Below are positions 51,924 through 62,735 of a stretch of 64,000 bases of DNA, one piece after another (within the stretch, counting starts at the first letter, position 1; each line of letters begins with the position of its first letter). The DNA lies in contig DXFM01000016.1 in NCBI GenBank assembly GCA_019114465.1, positions 82 through 64,081 of the forward strand. The letters are read 5' to 3'. Origin of the DNA: Candidatus Lachnoclostridium avicola. Lineage in GTDB: Bacteria; Bacillota; Clostridia; Lachnospirales; Lachnospiraceae. The notes beneath the pieces were generated by a model. It saw nothing but the letters and a program-made list of their open reading frames with translations. It had not been told where the DNA came from and did no database searches. A program made the position numbers and the translations under genes.

Positions 51924-53057
51924 TCACCTCTGCTGCTCAAAATAATCGTCGATTCCATCTGCCATTCCCGCCACCAGCTTTGCCTGGTAATCCTCCGTCT
52001 CCATAAGCCGGTCCTCCTCCGGATTGGTCATAAATCCCATCTCCACAATAGTCACCGGAATGGTACTCCAGTTGATGCCGCTCATGGTGTCCGTCTCCCA
52101 GACGCCCCGGTTTTTCGCACCGGTGGCAGCCGCCATGGCGTTCACCACGTACTCTGACAGGGCGCGGCTGGAGGAGTAAAGGCTGCTCACATAGGGATTG
52201 TTTTTTGTGGGGCTGATGGTCATAACTCCGTTTGCGAAAGGGCTGTCGGATCCGTCCGCGTGGATCCGGATCAGAATATCCGCTCCCGCCGCTGCGGCCA
52301 TCTGGGCCCGCTCCCCGTTGGAGATATTCACGTCGTGGCTGTCCCGGATCATATAAACCTCATATCCCCGGTTCTCCAGCTCTGTCTTCAGCTTCCGGGA
52401 CACGTCCAGAGTCAGCTCATACTCCTTCACTCCTGTGACCGTCCCCTGAGTGCCGGAGGCCACCTTCGCCTTCATCTCGGAGGCTCCCGGCCCCACCGGC
52501 TCCTTCTCGCTGTTTCCCTTTGCCTGATGGCCGGCGTCAATGGCCACCAGAGCGCGAACCTGGGGCTTTTCCTCAGACAGGTACTCTGCGGATACATATC
52601 CTTCCTGTCCGCCGGCGGTCACCCTGGCCCAGACCACGCCGTCTCTCTCCGTCTGTCCGTTCATTTCCACCAGGTCACCCACGGAAAAAACAGCCAAAAC
52701 GGCGGAATCTGTGGACGGTTCCTCCCGGAAGCGCACGCCCCGGCCTGTCACATACCGATCCACCGGCGCAGCTAATTCCTGCACCGCCGGCTCCGAAGAT
52801 TCCTGGACCGCTGCCCCCGGGCCGGTCACCGCCGGCTCTGAGAGACTGTCTCCTGCCGTCTCCGAAATCCCCCTTCCCGATGTCTCTCCAGCGTGCTCCG
52901 TCTTTCCCACAGCCAGGGGAGAAGATTCCTCCGTCTGGGACACGGCTCCCGCCGGCAGCCCACCTCCACGGGTTCCACCGCCGCAGCCGGCCGCCATCAG
53001 GCAGACCGTAGCCGCCATGCCGGCCAGAATCAGAGCCGGCAGTCTCTTTTTTATCAT
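51924..53057 (-). CDS. Lipoprotein N-acetylmuramoyl-L-alanine amidase (Amidase_3) with SH3b domain
   Basis: Lipobox AAGC, SH3b (RFREEPS...GYVSAEYL), IDAGHQ, IRIHAD, IVEMGFM. Confidence 0.92.
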   Translation of the reverse strand: MIKKRLPALILAGMAATVCLMAAGCGGGTRGGGLPAGAVSQTEESSPLAVGKTEHAGETSGRGISETAGDSLSEPAVTGPGAAVQESSEPAVQELAAPVDRYVTGRGVRFREEPSTDSAVLAVFSVGDLVEMNGQTERDGVVWARVTAGGQEGYVSAEYLSEEKPQVRALVAIDAGHQAKGNSEKEPVGPGASEMKAKVASGTQGTVTGVKEYELTLDVSRKLKTELENRGYEVYMIRDSHDVNISNGERAQMAAAAGADILIRIHADGSDSPFANGVMTISPTKNNPYVSSLYSSSRALSEYVVNAMAAATGAKNRGVWETDTMSGINWSTIPVTIVEMGFMTNPEEDRLMETEDYQAKLVAGMADGIDDYFEQQR

Positions 53058-53093
53058 AATGAGAACCTCCTCTCCGCGTTTTACACCTACTGT

Positions 53094-53184
53094 GCGGGCA
53101 GCTCACGGCAAAGCCGTTCGCTGTCCGGCATATATCTGCCGCCTGGATGTGCCTGCACATCCGGGCGGCGGCTGCATGCCGGGC
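53094..53184. repeat. Dispersed double-hairpin repeat, copy 2
   Basis: AGCTCACGGCAAAGCCGTTCGCTGTCCG plus a CCGGCA...TGCCGGG hairpin; matches 4952-5034. Confidence 0.65.
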
Positions 53185-53194
53185 TTATTGCACA

Positions 53195-53228
53195 AAACGC
53201 CGCCTAAAGCAGAAGCTTTAAGCGGCGC
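53195..53228 (-). terminator. rnpB terminator
   Basis: CGCCGCTTAAAGC...GCTTTAGGCGGCG-TTTT. Confidence 0.75.
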
Positions 53229-53234
53229 AGACAT

Positions 53235-53575
53235 GAGCAAGACGATAAGCCGGGTTATGTCGTTGGATGGTCATCTATCTAGGCCTGGCGTCACCGCCAG
53301 GCTCCAGCGGCCTACCCGGAAGCGGACGGGCCGCCCATGCTCCCTGTTCGGCCTTGCTTCGGATGGGGTTTACATGTGCCCTTCCTGTTACCAGGAAGGC
53401 GGTAGTCTCTTACACTGCCTTTCCACCCTTACAGGAATACTCCTGCGGTTTATTTCTGTTGCACTGTCCTTGGAGTCGCCTCCACCAGACGTTATCTGGC
53501 ATCCTGCCCTGTGAAGCCCGGACTTTCCTCCCCTGCAGCCTTTCGGTTCTGCAGCAGCGACCATCTGTCTTACTC
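53235..53575 (-). ncRNA. rnpB: RNase P RNA (bacterial type A)
   Basis: GAGGAAAGTCCGGGCT, AGTGCAACAG, CAACGACATAACCCGGCTTA; terminal P1 helix. Confidence 0.97.
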
Positions 53576-53612
53576 AAAACTTCATAATTTTATCACATTT
53601 TTTTTCGTCTGT

Positions 53613-55280
53613 CTACACATTAAAACAGCTGCCGCCGATAAATTCCCGAATCAGGGAGTTTACAGGCACTCCGCTGCTGTCCACTCCCAGGAAATAATCC
53701 AGAAACTTCAGCAGCCTTTTTGCCTCCAGATACTCTTCACTGTCCCTGGGGACGGAGAACAGCAGAGGTTCGGCATACTGCTTCAGCACCGCCAGCTCAT
53801 AGACCAGGGAAGAGTTGAACATCACATCCGCGTCCTCCTGGTAGGGGAAGATATTCTCCTCCTCCCCCCGGCGCACCGACGGCCACATGCGGATGGTTTC
53901 CTGGGCGGAATTGCCCCTGGTTCTGGCGTCCCTCACGATCCGGCGCAGAAGGCGGCCGTCCGTGGTGGGGATCCGGTTGTGCTCATCCACGTTTAACTGG
54001 GTCAGGGCGCTGATGTATATCTTAAATTTGTTCGCCGCCGGCAGTCTCTCCGACATCCGGTCGTTGAGACAGTGAATGCCCTCGATCACCAGGATGTCGT
54101 GGGGGCCCATGGTGATGAAATCCCCCTTGTACTCCCGCTTCCCCGTCTTGAAATTAAACCGCGGCAGCTCCACCGTCCTGCCCTCCAGAAGGGCCGTCAT
54201 ATCGTCGTTGAACTTCTGCAGATCAATACACTCCAGAGCCTCAAAATTGTAATTTCCATTCTCGTCCCTGGGAGTGTGCTCCCGGTCCACAAAGTAGTCG
54301 TCCACGCTCACCGGATGGGGCGTCATGCCCTGGGCCATGAGCTGGATGGACAGCCTCCTGGCAAAGGTGGTCTTTCCCGACGAAGAAGGTCCCGCGATCA
54401 TAACAAATTTTTTGTCCGGCATTCCGGCCACTGCGGCGGCGATCTCACCGATCTTCTTCTCCTGCAGAGCTTCCTGGATCAGCACCAGATCCCGGCAGTT
54501 CCCCTTTGTGATCTGGTCGTTTAACTCTCCCACACAGCCTACGCGGAGCATTTTCCCCCACTCGTCCGACTCCTCCATCACCCGGAACAGCTTCCTTCTG
54601 TCCTCCTGGAACTCCGGCACCCGTTCCGGTTCCCGGCTGTCCGGCAGCATGAGCACAAAACCATTTTCATAGGCGATCAGACTGAAATAGGGAATATAGC
54701 TCGTGTCCGGCACCATGTAGCCGTAATAATAATCTTCGTAATCGCCCAGGCGGTACACGTTGACCCGCGACACCCGCCGGTAACGGAACAGCTTCTCCTT
54801 GTCCTTCATCCCGTTTTTCCGAAACAGTTCCACCGCCTCTTCCGTGTGGATATTCCGCTTCTCAATGGGAAGAGCCTCCCGCACCAGCCTCTTCATCTGC
54901 GCCTCGACCTGGGCTGCCAGCTCTTTCGTTGCCTTCTGCCCGTCCTTTAGGCGGATGAACAGCCCTTTCCCCAGGGAAAATTCCACGGAAGCCCGGCACG
55001 GGGCTTTCTCCCCCGCCACATCCCGGAACGCTTTCATAAACAGCAGAGTGGCGCTTCGCTGATACGTCTGAATGCCGGGCTGATCCTTCCCCGTGAGGAA
55101 AGAGATCTCCGTGCCGTCCGCCGCCGTCTTGGACAGTTCTCTCAGCTTTCCGTTTACCACCGCCAGCAGGATTCTGCCGGCGCGGCCGTCCTGAACGTCC
55201 TCCGCCACGGTCTTTAGCAGAGTCCCGTCCGGATAATGCCGCTCCTTCCCGTCCACTTTGACCTGTATCATCCCGGTCAC
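53613..55280 (-). CDS. Nucleoside (uridine)/PRK-family kinase with N-terminal ThrRS-like domains
   Basis: TGS/ThrRS N2-like N-terminus; AGPSSSGKTT, SVDDYF, EGIHCLN, RRIVRD. Confidence 0.88.
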   Translation of the reverse strand: MTGMIQVKVDGKERHYPDGTLLKTVAEDVQDGRAGRILLAVVNGKLRELSKTAADGTEISFLTGKDQPGIQTYQRSATLLFMKAFRDVAGEKAPCRASVEFSLGKGLFIRLKDGQKATKELAAQVEAQMKRLVREALPIEKRNIHTEEAVELFRKNGMKDKEKLFRYRRVSRVNVYRLGDYEDYYYGYMVPDTSYIPYFSLIAYENGFVLMLPDSREPERVPEFQEDRRKLFRVMEESDEWGKMLRVGCVGELNDQITKGNCRDLVLIQEALQEKKIGEIAAAVAGMPDKKFVMIAGPSSSGKTTFARRLSIQLMAQGMTPHPVSVDDYFVDREHTPRDENGNYNFEALECIDLQKFNDDMTALLEGRTVELPRFNFKTGKREYKGDFITMGPHDILVIEGIHCLNDRMSERLPAANKFKIYISALTQLNVDEHNRIPTTDGRLLRRIVRDARTRGNSAQETIRMWPSVRRGEEENIFPYQEDADVMFNSSLVYELAVLKQYAEPLLFSVPRDSEEYLEAKRLLKFLDYFLGVDSSGVPVNSLIREFIGGSCFNV

Positions 55281-55289
55281 CTCCGTTTT

Positions 55290-56096
55290 CTAAAAAACCT
55301 GCTCCGGGAATTTTAAGGGCGCTGAGACCACTGCCGTCCCGCTGCCCAGCTGTTCCCGGAGATATCCGGTGATAAACTCCGTAAAAATATGTTCCAGCCC
55401 GTAATGGCCTGCGTCGATCACCGCCAGGCCCTGGGCCGCCGCGTCAATACCGTCGTGATGGCCGATGTCCCCGGTGATCAGCACGGAAGCCACTGACTTT
55501 AAGGCGGGGGCAATCATGCTTCCCCCGGAACCCGGGGAAATAGCCGCATAGTCCACCGGCTCCCGGATCTGGTCCAGGCCGTAGGCCGTCACAAAGGGCA
55601 GACCGAAGCGCTCCTTCACCAGCTCCGCCAATTCCGGACCTGTCATAGGGCGGGGAAGGCGTCCCACCTTTCCGATGCCCACCAGCTCTGTGCCGGTTTG
55701 TAAATCCGTCCCCGTCACCTCCAGGGGAGCCCCGTCCTTAAGTCCCAGCCTGACCGCCGCCAGATCCGCCATGCAGCCGGGGGCGATGTCAAAATTGGTG
55801 TGCATGGCATAGCAGGAAATGTCTTTTCCTATCAGCTGCAGCAGCCGCCGGCCGATGAAATTGCCGTCGTTGATCTGCTTGATGGGGCGGAAAATCAGGG
55901 GATGGTGGGTCACGATCATGTCCGCTCCTGTCTGGACCGCCAGATCGATCACCTCGTCTGTGGCGTCCACCGCCGTCAGCACCGTCTCCACTTCCCTGTC
56001 GCCCCGGCCCGCCAGAAGACCGGGATTGTCCCAGTCACAGGCGTACTCCCGGGGAGCCAGCTTCTCAAGGATTCGTATAATGTCTCTGCACTTCAT
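55290..56096 (-). CDS. Nif3-like dinuclear metal centre protein
   Basis: WDNPGL, THHPLIF, HTNFD, DAGHY. Confidence 0.94.
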   Translation of the reverse strand: MKCRDIIRILEKLAPREYACDWDNPGLLAGRGDREVETVLTAVDATDEVIDLAVQTGADMIVTHHPLIFRPIKQINDGNFIGRRLLQLIGKDISCYAMHTNFDIAPGCMADLAAVRLGLKDGAPLEVTGTDLQTGTELVGIGKVGRLPRPMTGPELAELVKERFGLPFVTAYGLDQIREPVDYAAISPGSGGSMIAPALKSVASVLITGDIGHHDGIDAAAQGLAVIDAGHYGLEHIFTEFITGYLREQLGSGTAVVSAPLKFPEQVF

Positions 56097-56793
56097 CGTA
56101 TGCCTCCTCTGCCGTTTTTAACTCCTGTTCCACTTCTCTCAGCCGTTCTCCTGCCTTCGGGGTGGCGGAAGATCTCAGCCGCTCCTCTATGGCGTGGAGC
56201 TGCCCGATCTCCTGCTCCAGATATGCCTTCAGCACCGGATCTCCCCGTCTTAAAAGGATTCTTCCGTATTTGAACTCGCCCGGAGACGGGCGGGATTCCG
56301 CCGCGGGAACAGACTCTTTTCTCCGTCGGCATTTCATCACCGTGTAGTACTTTCCGTCTTCCTCCACCATGGCCTCCGCCGCCGTCTCAAAGCCGTTCTC
56401 CCACAAGAACCGCCGCACCTTTTCCAGCTCCGACTGGGGGGAGAGAATCCAGTCTCTCACATCTTCCCACAGCCGTTTTCCGCCTTCCAGAATGCGGATC
56501 ACCAGCTCGCCGCCCATTCCGGCGATCACCACCGCGTCCGCCTCCCCAGGCTCCAGCTTTTCCAGTCCGTCTCCCAGCCTGGCGGAGATCCGGTCCTCCA
56601 GCCCGTGTTCTCTGATATGCTCCTTCGCCCGCATTAGCGGGCCTTCCCTCACATCCATGCCTATGGCGGAGGGGGAGATCCCCCGCTCCACCAGGCAGAT
56701 GGGTATGTATCCGTGGTCTGTTCCCACATCGGCAGCAATGCTTCCTTTGTCCACAAAGGAAGCAACTGTCTCCAACCGGCATGATAATTTCAT
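56065..56793 (-). CDS. trmK: tRNA (adenine22-N1)-methyltransferase
   Basis: ADVGTDHGYIP, GDGL, IAGMGG; follows sigA. Confidence 0.93.
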   Translation of the reverse strand: MKLSCRLETVASFVDKGSIAADVGTDHGYIPICLVERGISPSAIGMDVREGPLMRAKEHIREHGLEDRISARLGDGLEKLEPGEADAVVIAGMGGELVIRILEGGKRLWEDVRDWILSPQSELEKVRRFLWENGFETAAEAMVEEDGKYYTVMKCRRRKESVPAAESRPSPGEFKYGRILLRRGDPVLKAYLEQEIGQLHAIEERLRSSATPKAGERLREVEQELKTAEEAYDEVQRHYTNP

Positions 56794-56807
56794 CTTGTCT
56801 TCCAACC

Positions 56808-57950
56808 TTAATCCAGATAATCTTTCAGTTTCTTGCTCCGGCTGGGATGGCGGAGCTTGCGCAGAGCCTTCGCCTCGATCTGGCGGATCCGCTCCCTGGT
56901 GACGTTAAATTCCTTGCCCACTTCTTCCAGAGTTCTGGGTCTGCCGTCCACCAGGCCGAATCTCAGCTTCAGTACCTTCTGCTCCCGCTCTGTCAGCGTA
57001 TCTAACACCTCCATCAGCTGCTCATGGAGCAGGGTGAAGGCGGCCGCGTCCGCCGGGACCGCCACATGGTCGTCCTGGATAAAGTCTCCCAGGTGGCTGT
57101 CCTCCTCCTCGCCGATGGGCGTCTCCAGGGAAACCGGTTCCTGGGAAATCTTCATGATCTCCCGCACCCGGTCCACAGGCATGTCCATCTTCGCCGCGAT
57201 CTCCTCCGCTGTGGGTTCTCTCCCCAGCTCCTGAAGCAGCTGTCTGGACACCCGGATCAGACGGTTGATGGTCTCCACCATGTGCACCGGAATCCGGATG
57301 GTCCTGGCCTGGTCCGCAATGGCTCTGGTGATGGCCTGCCGGATCCACCAGGTGGCGTAGGTGCTGAACTTGTAGCCTTTCTTGTAGTCAAACTTCTCCA
57401 CCGCCTTGATCAGGCCCAGGTTGCCCTCCTGGATCAGATCCAGGAACTGCATGCCTCTGCCCACATATCTCTTGGCGATGCTCACCACAAGCCTTAAATT
57501 GGCCTCCGCCAGCTTCTGTTTCGCGTCCTCATCTCCCAGCTCGATCCGTTTGGCCAGCTCGATCTCCTCATCCGCAGACAGAAGGGGAATCTTGCCGATC
57601 TCTTTCAGGTACATCCGCACCGGATCTTCCGTTCCCACGCCTTCCGGCACGGAGAGATCAATGTTCTCCATATCGATCTCCTCGTCCTCCATCCCGTCAT
57701 CCGGGAACAGGTCCGGGTCGTCGTCCTCATTGAGATTGAGCACATCCACTTTGTTGGCTTCCAGAAAATCGTAGATCTGGTCCATTTTATCAGCATCCAG
57801 CTGTTCGCCTTTAAAAAAGTCCAGAATCTCCCGGTCTTCCAGTACATTTTTTTTCTTTCTGGCCTCTTCCAGCAGTTTCTGCAGCTTCGCCGCAAACTCC
57901 TGGCTTTCCTCTGCCTGCTTCTTCTCCAGCTCCGTATTTTTCTCTACCAT
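56808..57950 (-). CDS. rpoD: Primary sigma factor SigA/RpoD
   Basis: [43 protein letters not shown]. Confidence 0.99.
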   Translation of the reverse strand: MVEKNTELEKKQAEESQEFAAKLQKLLEEARKKKNVLEDREILDFFKGEQLDADKMDQIYDFLEANKVDVLNLNEDDDPDLFPDDGMEDEEIDMENIDLSVPEGVGTEDPVRMYLKEIGKIPLLSADEEIELAKRIELGDEDAKQKLAEANLRLVVSIAKRYVGRGMQFLDLIQEGNLGLIKAVEKFDYKKGYKFSTYATWWIRQAITRAIADQARTIRIPVHMVETINRLIRVSRQLLQELGREPTAEEIAAKMDMPVDRVREIMKISQEPVSLETPIGEEEDSHLGDFIQDDHVAVPADAAAFTLLHEQLMEVLDTLTEREQKVLKLRFGLVDGRPRTLEEVGKEFNVTRERIRQIEAKALRKLRHPSRSKKLKDYLD

Positions 57951-57987
57951 GTCTTCCACCCTCCGCAGCATGCCTTTAGTGTGTCCT

Positions 57988-59760
57988 TCAGTCAAGGGAA
58001 ATATGCAGGTTCCTCACGGCCGCCTGCTCCTCGATCAGCCTTTGAAGCCCCGCTGCGTCCGTCACGTTGCGGCTGGCAAAATCCAGGCTGTTCTTCTTCA
58101 CCTTGACCACTGTCTCCGAAAATGCCTTCTTTTGTTCCTCATTGCTTAAAGACTCTCCCAGGGCGGCGTTGAACAGAGCCGCCGCTTCCCGGTACTGGTC
58201 GTTGTCGTCAATAAAATGGTTCAGAATGGCCGCCGGGTTCAAATTCCCCTGTCTGTGGCCCTCAAACACCAGCTCCGCCACCTGATGATACAGCGGCTCA
58301 ATGAAATCCTCCGCCGTGATGATCCCCTCGATCTTGTCAAACAGGCTCTCATCTTCGATGAGCCAGGTGAGGAGAAGTCTCTGGGACCTTCGGATCCCGT
58401 CCTCCTTCTCCTTTTTCTGCTTCTGTCTCTCCTCCCGCAGCTGTTCCCGGTCCTTCGCTCCCCCTGCAGCCGTCCCCAGACGGCTTCCCAGACTGTTTAC
58501 CAGCCGCCGCAGATCTTCATAATTGATAAAATATTCCGAGGCAACTGCCTGCATATAGTTGTCCCGCTCCAGCGCCTCCGGAAACTCCAGGAGCTTTCTG
58601 GCCACCTGGTTCTGAAATTCTGTCTTCTGCTCCGGATCCTGCATGCTGTAGTTTTCCTTCAGCACGTCGATCTCAAACAGGAAACTGTTTCTAGCTCCCT
58701 CGATCCGTTTGCGGAATTCCTCCGCTCCCAGATTTTTAATAAATTCATCGGGATCCTTGTAGGGCTTCATGTTCAGCACCTTTGTGGAGATCCCGGCCTC
58801 CTTTAAAAGAGGGATGGCCCGCAGGGCCGCCCGGATTCCCGCCCCGTCGCTGTCGTAGGTGAGAACCACCCGGTTGGTGTACCGCTTCAAAAGGTTGGCG
58901 TGCTGACTGGTGAGAGCCGTCCCCAGGGAAGCCACCGAATTGGTAAAGCCCGCCTGCTGAAGGGCGATCACATCCATGTAGCCCTCGCACACCAGCAGAT
59001 AGTCCTCCCGGGAAGTCCTGGCGTAGTTTAATCCGTACAGGTTCCGGCTCTTGTCAAAAATCTTCGTCTCCGGGGAGTTCAGATATTTGGGAGTCCCATC
59101 CCCCATCACCCGGCCTCCGAAGCCGATCACCCGGTTGTTCACATCCATAATGGGGAACATCACCCGGTTCCAGAACTTGTCCCTGGCTCCCCGCTCTTCA
59201 ATGGTAAACAGCCCGGTCTCCTTCAGCACGCCGTCGTCATAGCCTTTTCCCTTCAGGTACTGGTAGAGACCGCCGCTCTTCCCCGCAAATCCCAGGCCGA
59301 AGCGCCGGATGGTCTCATCCGTCAGCTCCCTGTTTCTGAAATACCGGTACCCCACCTCGCCCTGAGGCTGGTGGAGCTGCCAGTAAAAGAAATTGGCCGC
59401 CAGCTTGTTGATCTTGAGCAGAGTGGTCCTCAGCTCCTCCCTGGCTTTCGCCTCTTTTGAATTATCCTCCTGGGGAAGGGTCACCCCCGCCCGGTCCGCC
59501 AGCACCTTCAGGGCTTCGGCAAACGTATAATTTTCATATTCCATAAGGAAGGTGATCACATTTCCTCCGGCTCCGCAGCCGAAGCAGTAGTACATCTGCT
59601 TCCCCGGCGAAACAGAAAAGGAGGGTGATTTCTCATTGTGAAACGGGCAGAGCCCGAAATAATTGCTCCCCCTCTTCTGCAGTCTTACATAGCCGGAAAT
59701 AATATCTACAATGTCGTTTCTGGACCGCACTTCCTCTACAATTTCATCTGGATAGTACAT
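57988..59760 (-). CDS. dnaG: DNA primase
   Basis: [35 protein letters not shown]. Confidence 0.99.
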   Translation of the reverse strand: MYYPDEIVEEVRSRNDIVDIISGYVRLQKRGSNYFGLCPFHNEKSPSFSVSPGKQMYYCFGCGAGGNVITFLMEYENYTFAEALKVLADRAGVTLPQEDNSKEAKAREELRTTLLKINKLAANFFYWQLHQPQGEVGYRYFRNRELTDETIRRFGLGFAGKSGGLYQYLKGKGYDDGVLKETGLFTIEERGARDKFWNRVMFPIMDVNNRVIGFGGRVMGDGTPKYLNSPETKIFDKSRNLYGLNYARTSREDYLLVCEGYMDVIALQQAGFTNSVASLGTALTSQHANLLKRYTNRVVLTYDSDGAGIRAALRAIPLLKEAGISTKVLNMKPYKDPDEFIKNLGAEEFRKRIEGARNSFLFEIDVLKENYSMQDPEQKTEFQNQVARKLLEFPEALERDNYMQAVASEYFINYEDLRRLVNSLGSRLGTAAGGAKDREQLREERQKQKKEKEDGIRRSQRLLLTWLIEDESLFDKIEGIITAEDFIEPLYHQVAELVFEGHRQGNLNPAAILNHFIDDNDQYREAAALFNAALGESLSNEEQKKAFSETVVKVKKNSLDFASRNVTDAAGLQRLIEEQAAVRNLHISLD

Positions 59761-59769
59761 GTCAACCTC

Positions 59770-60774
59770 CTATACCTTCCAGGCTTTCGGCACGAACAGC
59801 TCCTCAAAGGTATCTATGGCGTAACTGTCGCTCATTCCCGCGATGTAGTCACAGACCACCCGCTCCCGCTTCTCCCCGTTTTCCATGAGGCGGCGGTATT
59901 CCGGAGGCAGTTCGTTCAAATGTATGTAATAATAGTCATAGAGCTCTGTGATCAGTTTCGCCACCCGGCCGTCCTCCGCCTTCGCCACCGGGTTGGTGTA
60001 GACATGCTCAAACATCCAGGACCGCAGTCCCTGCATGGCCTCCTCCATCCCCGGGGACATGGAAATCTCCGGTTTGTCCAAACTGTTCAAAATAATATCG
60101 TGGATCAGAGTGTTCAGCCGTTCCCGCACGCTGCATCCCAAGACGTCCGTGTACTGCCTGGGGAGTTCCTCCTCCTTCAGCAGCCTGGCCCGGATGGCGT
60201 CGTCAATATCGTGATTGATGTAGGCGATCTTGTCGGAAAAGCGGACCACCCATCCTTCCAGCGTGGACGGATGGCCGCTGGTCCGGTGATTTAAAATGCC
60301 GTCCCTCACTTCCCATGTCAGGTTCAGTCCCCGGCCGTCCTTTTCCAGCACCTCCACCACCCGCACGCTCTGGCGGTAATGGGCGAAGCCGTCCTGACAG
60401 ATATTGTTTAACACCCGCTCTCCCGAATGGCCGAAGGGCGTATGGCCCAGATCATGGCCCAGGGCGATGGCCTCTGTGAGATTTTCATTGAGCCGCAGGG
60501 CCCTGGCGATGGTTCTGGCGATCTGGGACACCTCCAGAGTGTGGGTCAGTCTGGTCCGGTAGTGGTCTCCCTCCGGCGCCAGAAACACCTGGGTCTTATG
60601 CTTTAAACGCCGGAACGACTTGCTGTGCAGGATCCGGTCCCGGTCTCTCTGGTAAGCCGGGCGGATATCGCATGGCTCCTCCTCCCGGTCCCTTCCCCTG
60701 GTGTTCCTGCTCAGGGAAGCGTAAGGGCTTAAATACTGTTCCTCCCAAAGTTCCGCGGTTTCTCTGATGTTCAA
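59770..60774 (-). CDS. dgt: Deoxyguanosinetriphosphate triphosphohydrolase-like HD protein
   Basis: RDRDRI, HKTQVF, RTRLTH, GHDLGHTPFGH; probable TTG start. Confidence 0.95.
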   Translation of the reverse strand: MNIRETAELWEEQYLSPYASLSRNTRGRDREEEPCDIRPAYQRDRDRILHSKSFRRLKHKTQVFLAPEGDHYRTRLTHTLEVSQIARTIARALRLNENLTEAIALGHDLGHTPFGHSGERVLNNICQDGFAHYRQSVRVVEVLEKDGRGLNLTWEVRDGILNHRTSGHPSTLEGWVVRFSDKIAYINHDIDDAIRARLLKEEELPRQYTDVLGCSVRERLNTLIHDIILNSLDKPEISMSPGMEEAMQGLRSWMFEHVYTNPVAKAEDGRVAKLITELYDYYYIHLNELPPEYRRLMENGEKRERVVCDYIAGMSDSYAIDTFEELFVPKAWKV

Positions 60775-60886
60775 TCCCATCCTCCTTCGTATTTTCAAAA
60801 ATCCTCTTCCTATTATATGACCATTGAAACACAGATATGACTATTGTATCACATTTTTACAATTTTCATAGCTTTTTTTCAAAACT

Positions 60887-62602
60887 TCACAGAACGGCGC
60901 CGTCTCCCGGCAGGCTGTCCCGGACACAGAGGGCCCCATATCCCAGGCGGCGGTTGGGCCAGGTCCCCTCCCCGGCAAACCGCCTGGCCCCCCGGCGCAG
61001 ATAGGCCTTCATTTTCTCTCCGTAGAGATAGGGATCATTTCCCCGGACGATCCCCCACTCCATGAGAAGGGCCGCTGCCCCGGTGACAAAGGGAGCCGCA
61101 AAGGAAGTGCCGGTAAAGACGCTGTAGCCTCCTCCCGCCCTGGGAGCGGTGATCCCCACCCCCGGAGCAGCCAGATCCGGCTTCACCTGATCCGTCAGCC
61201 GGGTGTAGCCCCGCCCGGAAAAATCGGCGTAGGTCTGATAGGCGCTGTCGTAAGCCCCCACAGAGACCGCCATGGATGCCGTGGACGGGACGGTCAGGGT
61301 GATCTCCGGATCCGGATTCAGAAAACGGGTGGAGCTGTTTACTGTGGACACCGGCGGAAGCCACAGATCGTACCGCCCGGTAACCACCTTCTCTCCCCGG
61401 ATCAGCACCTGCCAGACGCCGCTGTCCACATAGTCCCTTTCCGGAATAAAATCAAAATAGATCTCCTGGGCCTGGCTGTAAGGGCTGGGAAAACCGTGAT
61501 AGAGGAGAATCTCCGTCCTGCCGTACCGCAGCCGCTGCGTCCCCATGACAGGCTCCACCGGGCCCAGAATCCGTCCGGAAGGCGTCATCAGGCTTACGGA
61601 AAACTCATCCACGTAAGATTTCCACAGCTGGAGTCCAAAGCCCGTCTCGTAGGCTCCCACCGCCAGCTCTGTCCGGCTCTCCTCCCCTGGAAGCGCCCGG
61701 CCGGAGGCGTGGCCGTTTCCCACGCCCTCATTGCCGGTTCCCACAATAATGGAGGTCCTGCCGTAGCCGGAGACCGCATCCAGGTACGTTTCCAGAAGGC
61801 TGGTGCCGTCGTGGGAGCCGTAGGTGTTGCCAAAGCTCACATTTACCGCCAGCGGCAGCTGAAAGCTCCTGGCCCTGCGGACGACATAGTCCAGAGCCCG
61901 CATCAGCTCCGTAGTCCAGGGAAAAGCCCCCTCTCCCCGGCTGCCCAGCTTCACCGCCAGGATGGAGCTCTCGTAAGCCATCCCCCGGTACCTGCCTCCC
62001 GACGCCCTGCCGTTGCCGGCGGCAATCCCGGCCACCGCCGTCCCATGGCCGCTGAAATCCGCCGTGGGAACCAGCCGGCTCCCCTCCCCCGTCCTCAGAG
62101 CTTCGTTGATCTCTTCTTCCGAAAACACCCGCCCCAGGCTCTGATCCCACAGCTCCAGGATGCGGGTGGTTCCGTCCTCATTGCAGAAATCCGGATGGGT
62201 ATAGTCGATCCCGGAATCGATCACCGCCACCGCCACACCGCGGCCCGTCAATCCCCCCGGTCCCTGCTGGACCGGAGAAACGCAGGAAGCGGCCCGCCCC
62301 TGGGCTGCGGAAAAGAACAGGCGGTTGGGCTTCTCCACATACTCGATCTCCGGCATAGCGGCAATGTAGGGAATCCGGTCCTCCGGCACAGTGATGATCC
62401 CGTATCCCCCCAAAAGCTTTTCCACCGGAATATTTTCTTCTTCCAGCCGGCTGATGTCTCCAAAATACCTCACAATCAGCTCCCACCGCTTCTCCCCGGG
62501 CAGATATCCCGTCTGGAGGGAGGGGGACCGCTCCCGCTCCTCCTCGTCCGCGTCCAGGGACAGATTTAAAAGATCCTCCAGTTTCTGGCTGTTCACAGCC
62601 AT
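60887..62602 (-). CDS. Subtilisin S8 protease, CspA/CspB germination type
   Basis: IDSG, HGTAVAG, GTSFAAP intact triad; jelly-roll insert; KPDLAAPG; start may be GTG at 62596. Confidence 0.88.
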   Translation of the reverse strand: MAVNSQKLEDLLNLSLDADEEERERSPSLQTGYLPGEKRWELIVRYFGDISRLEEENIPVEKLLGGYGIITVPEDRIPYIAAMPEIEYVEKPNRLFFSAAQGRAASCVSPVQQGPGGLTGRGVAVAVIDSGIDYTHPDFCNEDGTTRILELWDQSLGRVFSEEEINEALRTGEGSRLVPTADFSGHGTAVAGIAAGNGRASGGRYRGMAYESSILAVKLGSRGEGAFPWTTELMRALDYVVRRARSFQLPLAVNVSFGNTYGSHDGTSLLETYLDAVSGYGRTSIIVGTGNEGVGNGHASGRALPGEESRTELAVGAYETGFGLQLWKSYVDEFSVSLMTPSGRILGPVEPVMGTQRLRYGRTEILLYHGFPSPYSQAQEIYFDFIPERDYVDSGVWQVLIRGEKVVTGRYDLWLPPVSTVNSSTRFLNPDPEITLTVPSTASMAVSVGAYDSAYQTYADFSGRGYTRLTDQVKPDLAAPGVGITAPRAGGGYSVFTGTSFAAPFVTGAAALLMEWGIVRGNDPYLYGEKMKAYLRRGARRFAGEGTWPNRRLGYGALCVRDSLPGDGAVL

Positions 62603-62648
62603 TCCTCCTCTCCGGAGCCATGCTCTCCCTCAAAGCATATGAAAAGGA

Positions 62649-62672
62649 CGGAGGTGTTTAAAACCTCCGCCC
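62649..62672 (-). terminator. Terminator after sufB-like gene
   Basis: GGCGGAGGT-TTTAAAC-ACCTCCGTCC-TTTT. Confidence 0.7.
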
Positions 62673-62699
62673 TTTGAAGGAAATCGTTTTCCGCCCTAT

Positions 62700-62735
62700 T
62701 GTTTTATTTTAAGAAGCTGTTTTATTTTAAGAAGC
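62700..62735. repeat. Perfect 18-bp tandem duplication covering the sufB-like stop codon
   Basis: TGTTTTATTTTAAGAAGC x2. Confidence 0.85.

Noticed and set aside
53267-53587. 106-aa ORF MVIYLGLASP...
   Set aside because: Antisense to RNase P RNA; spurious
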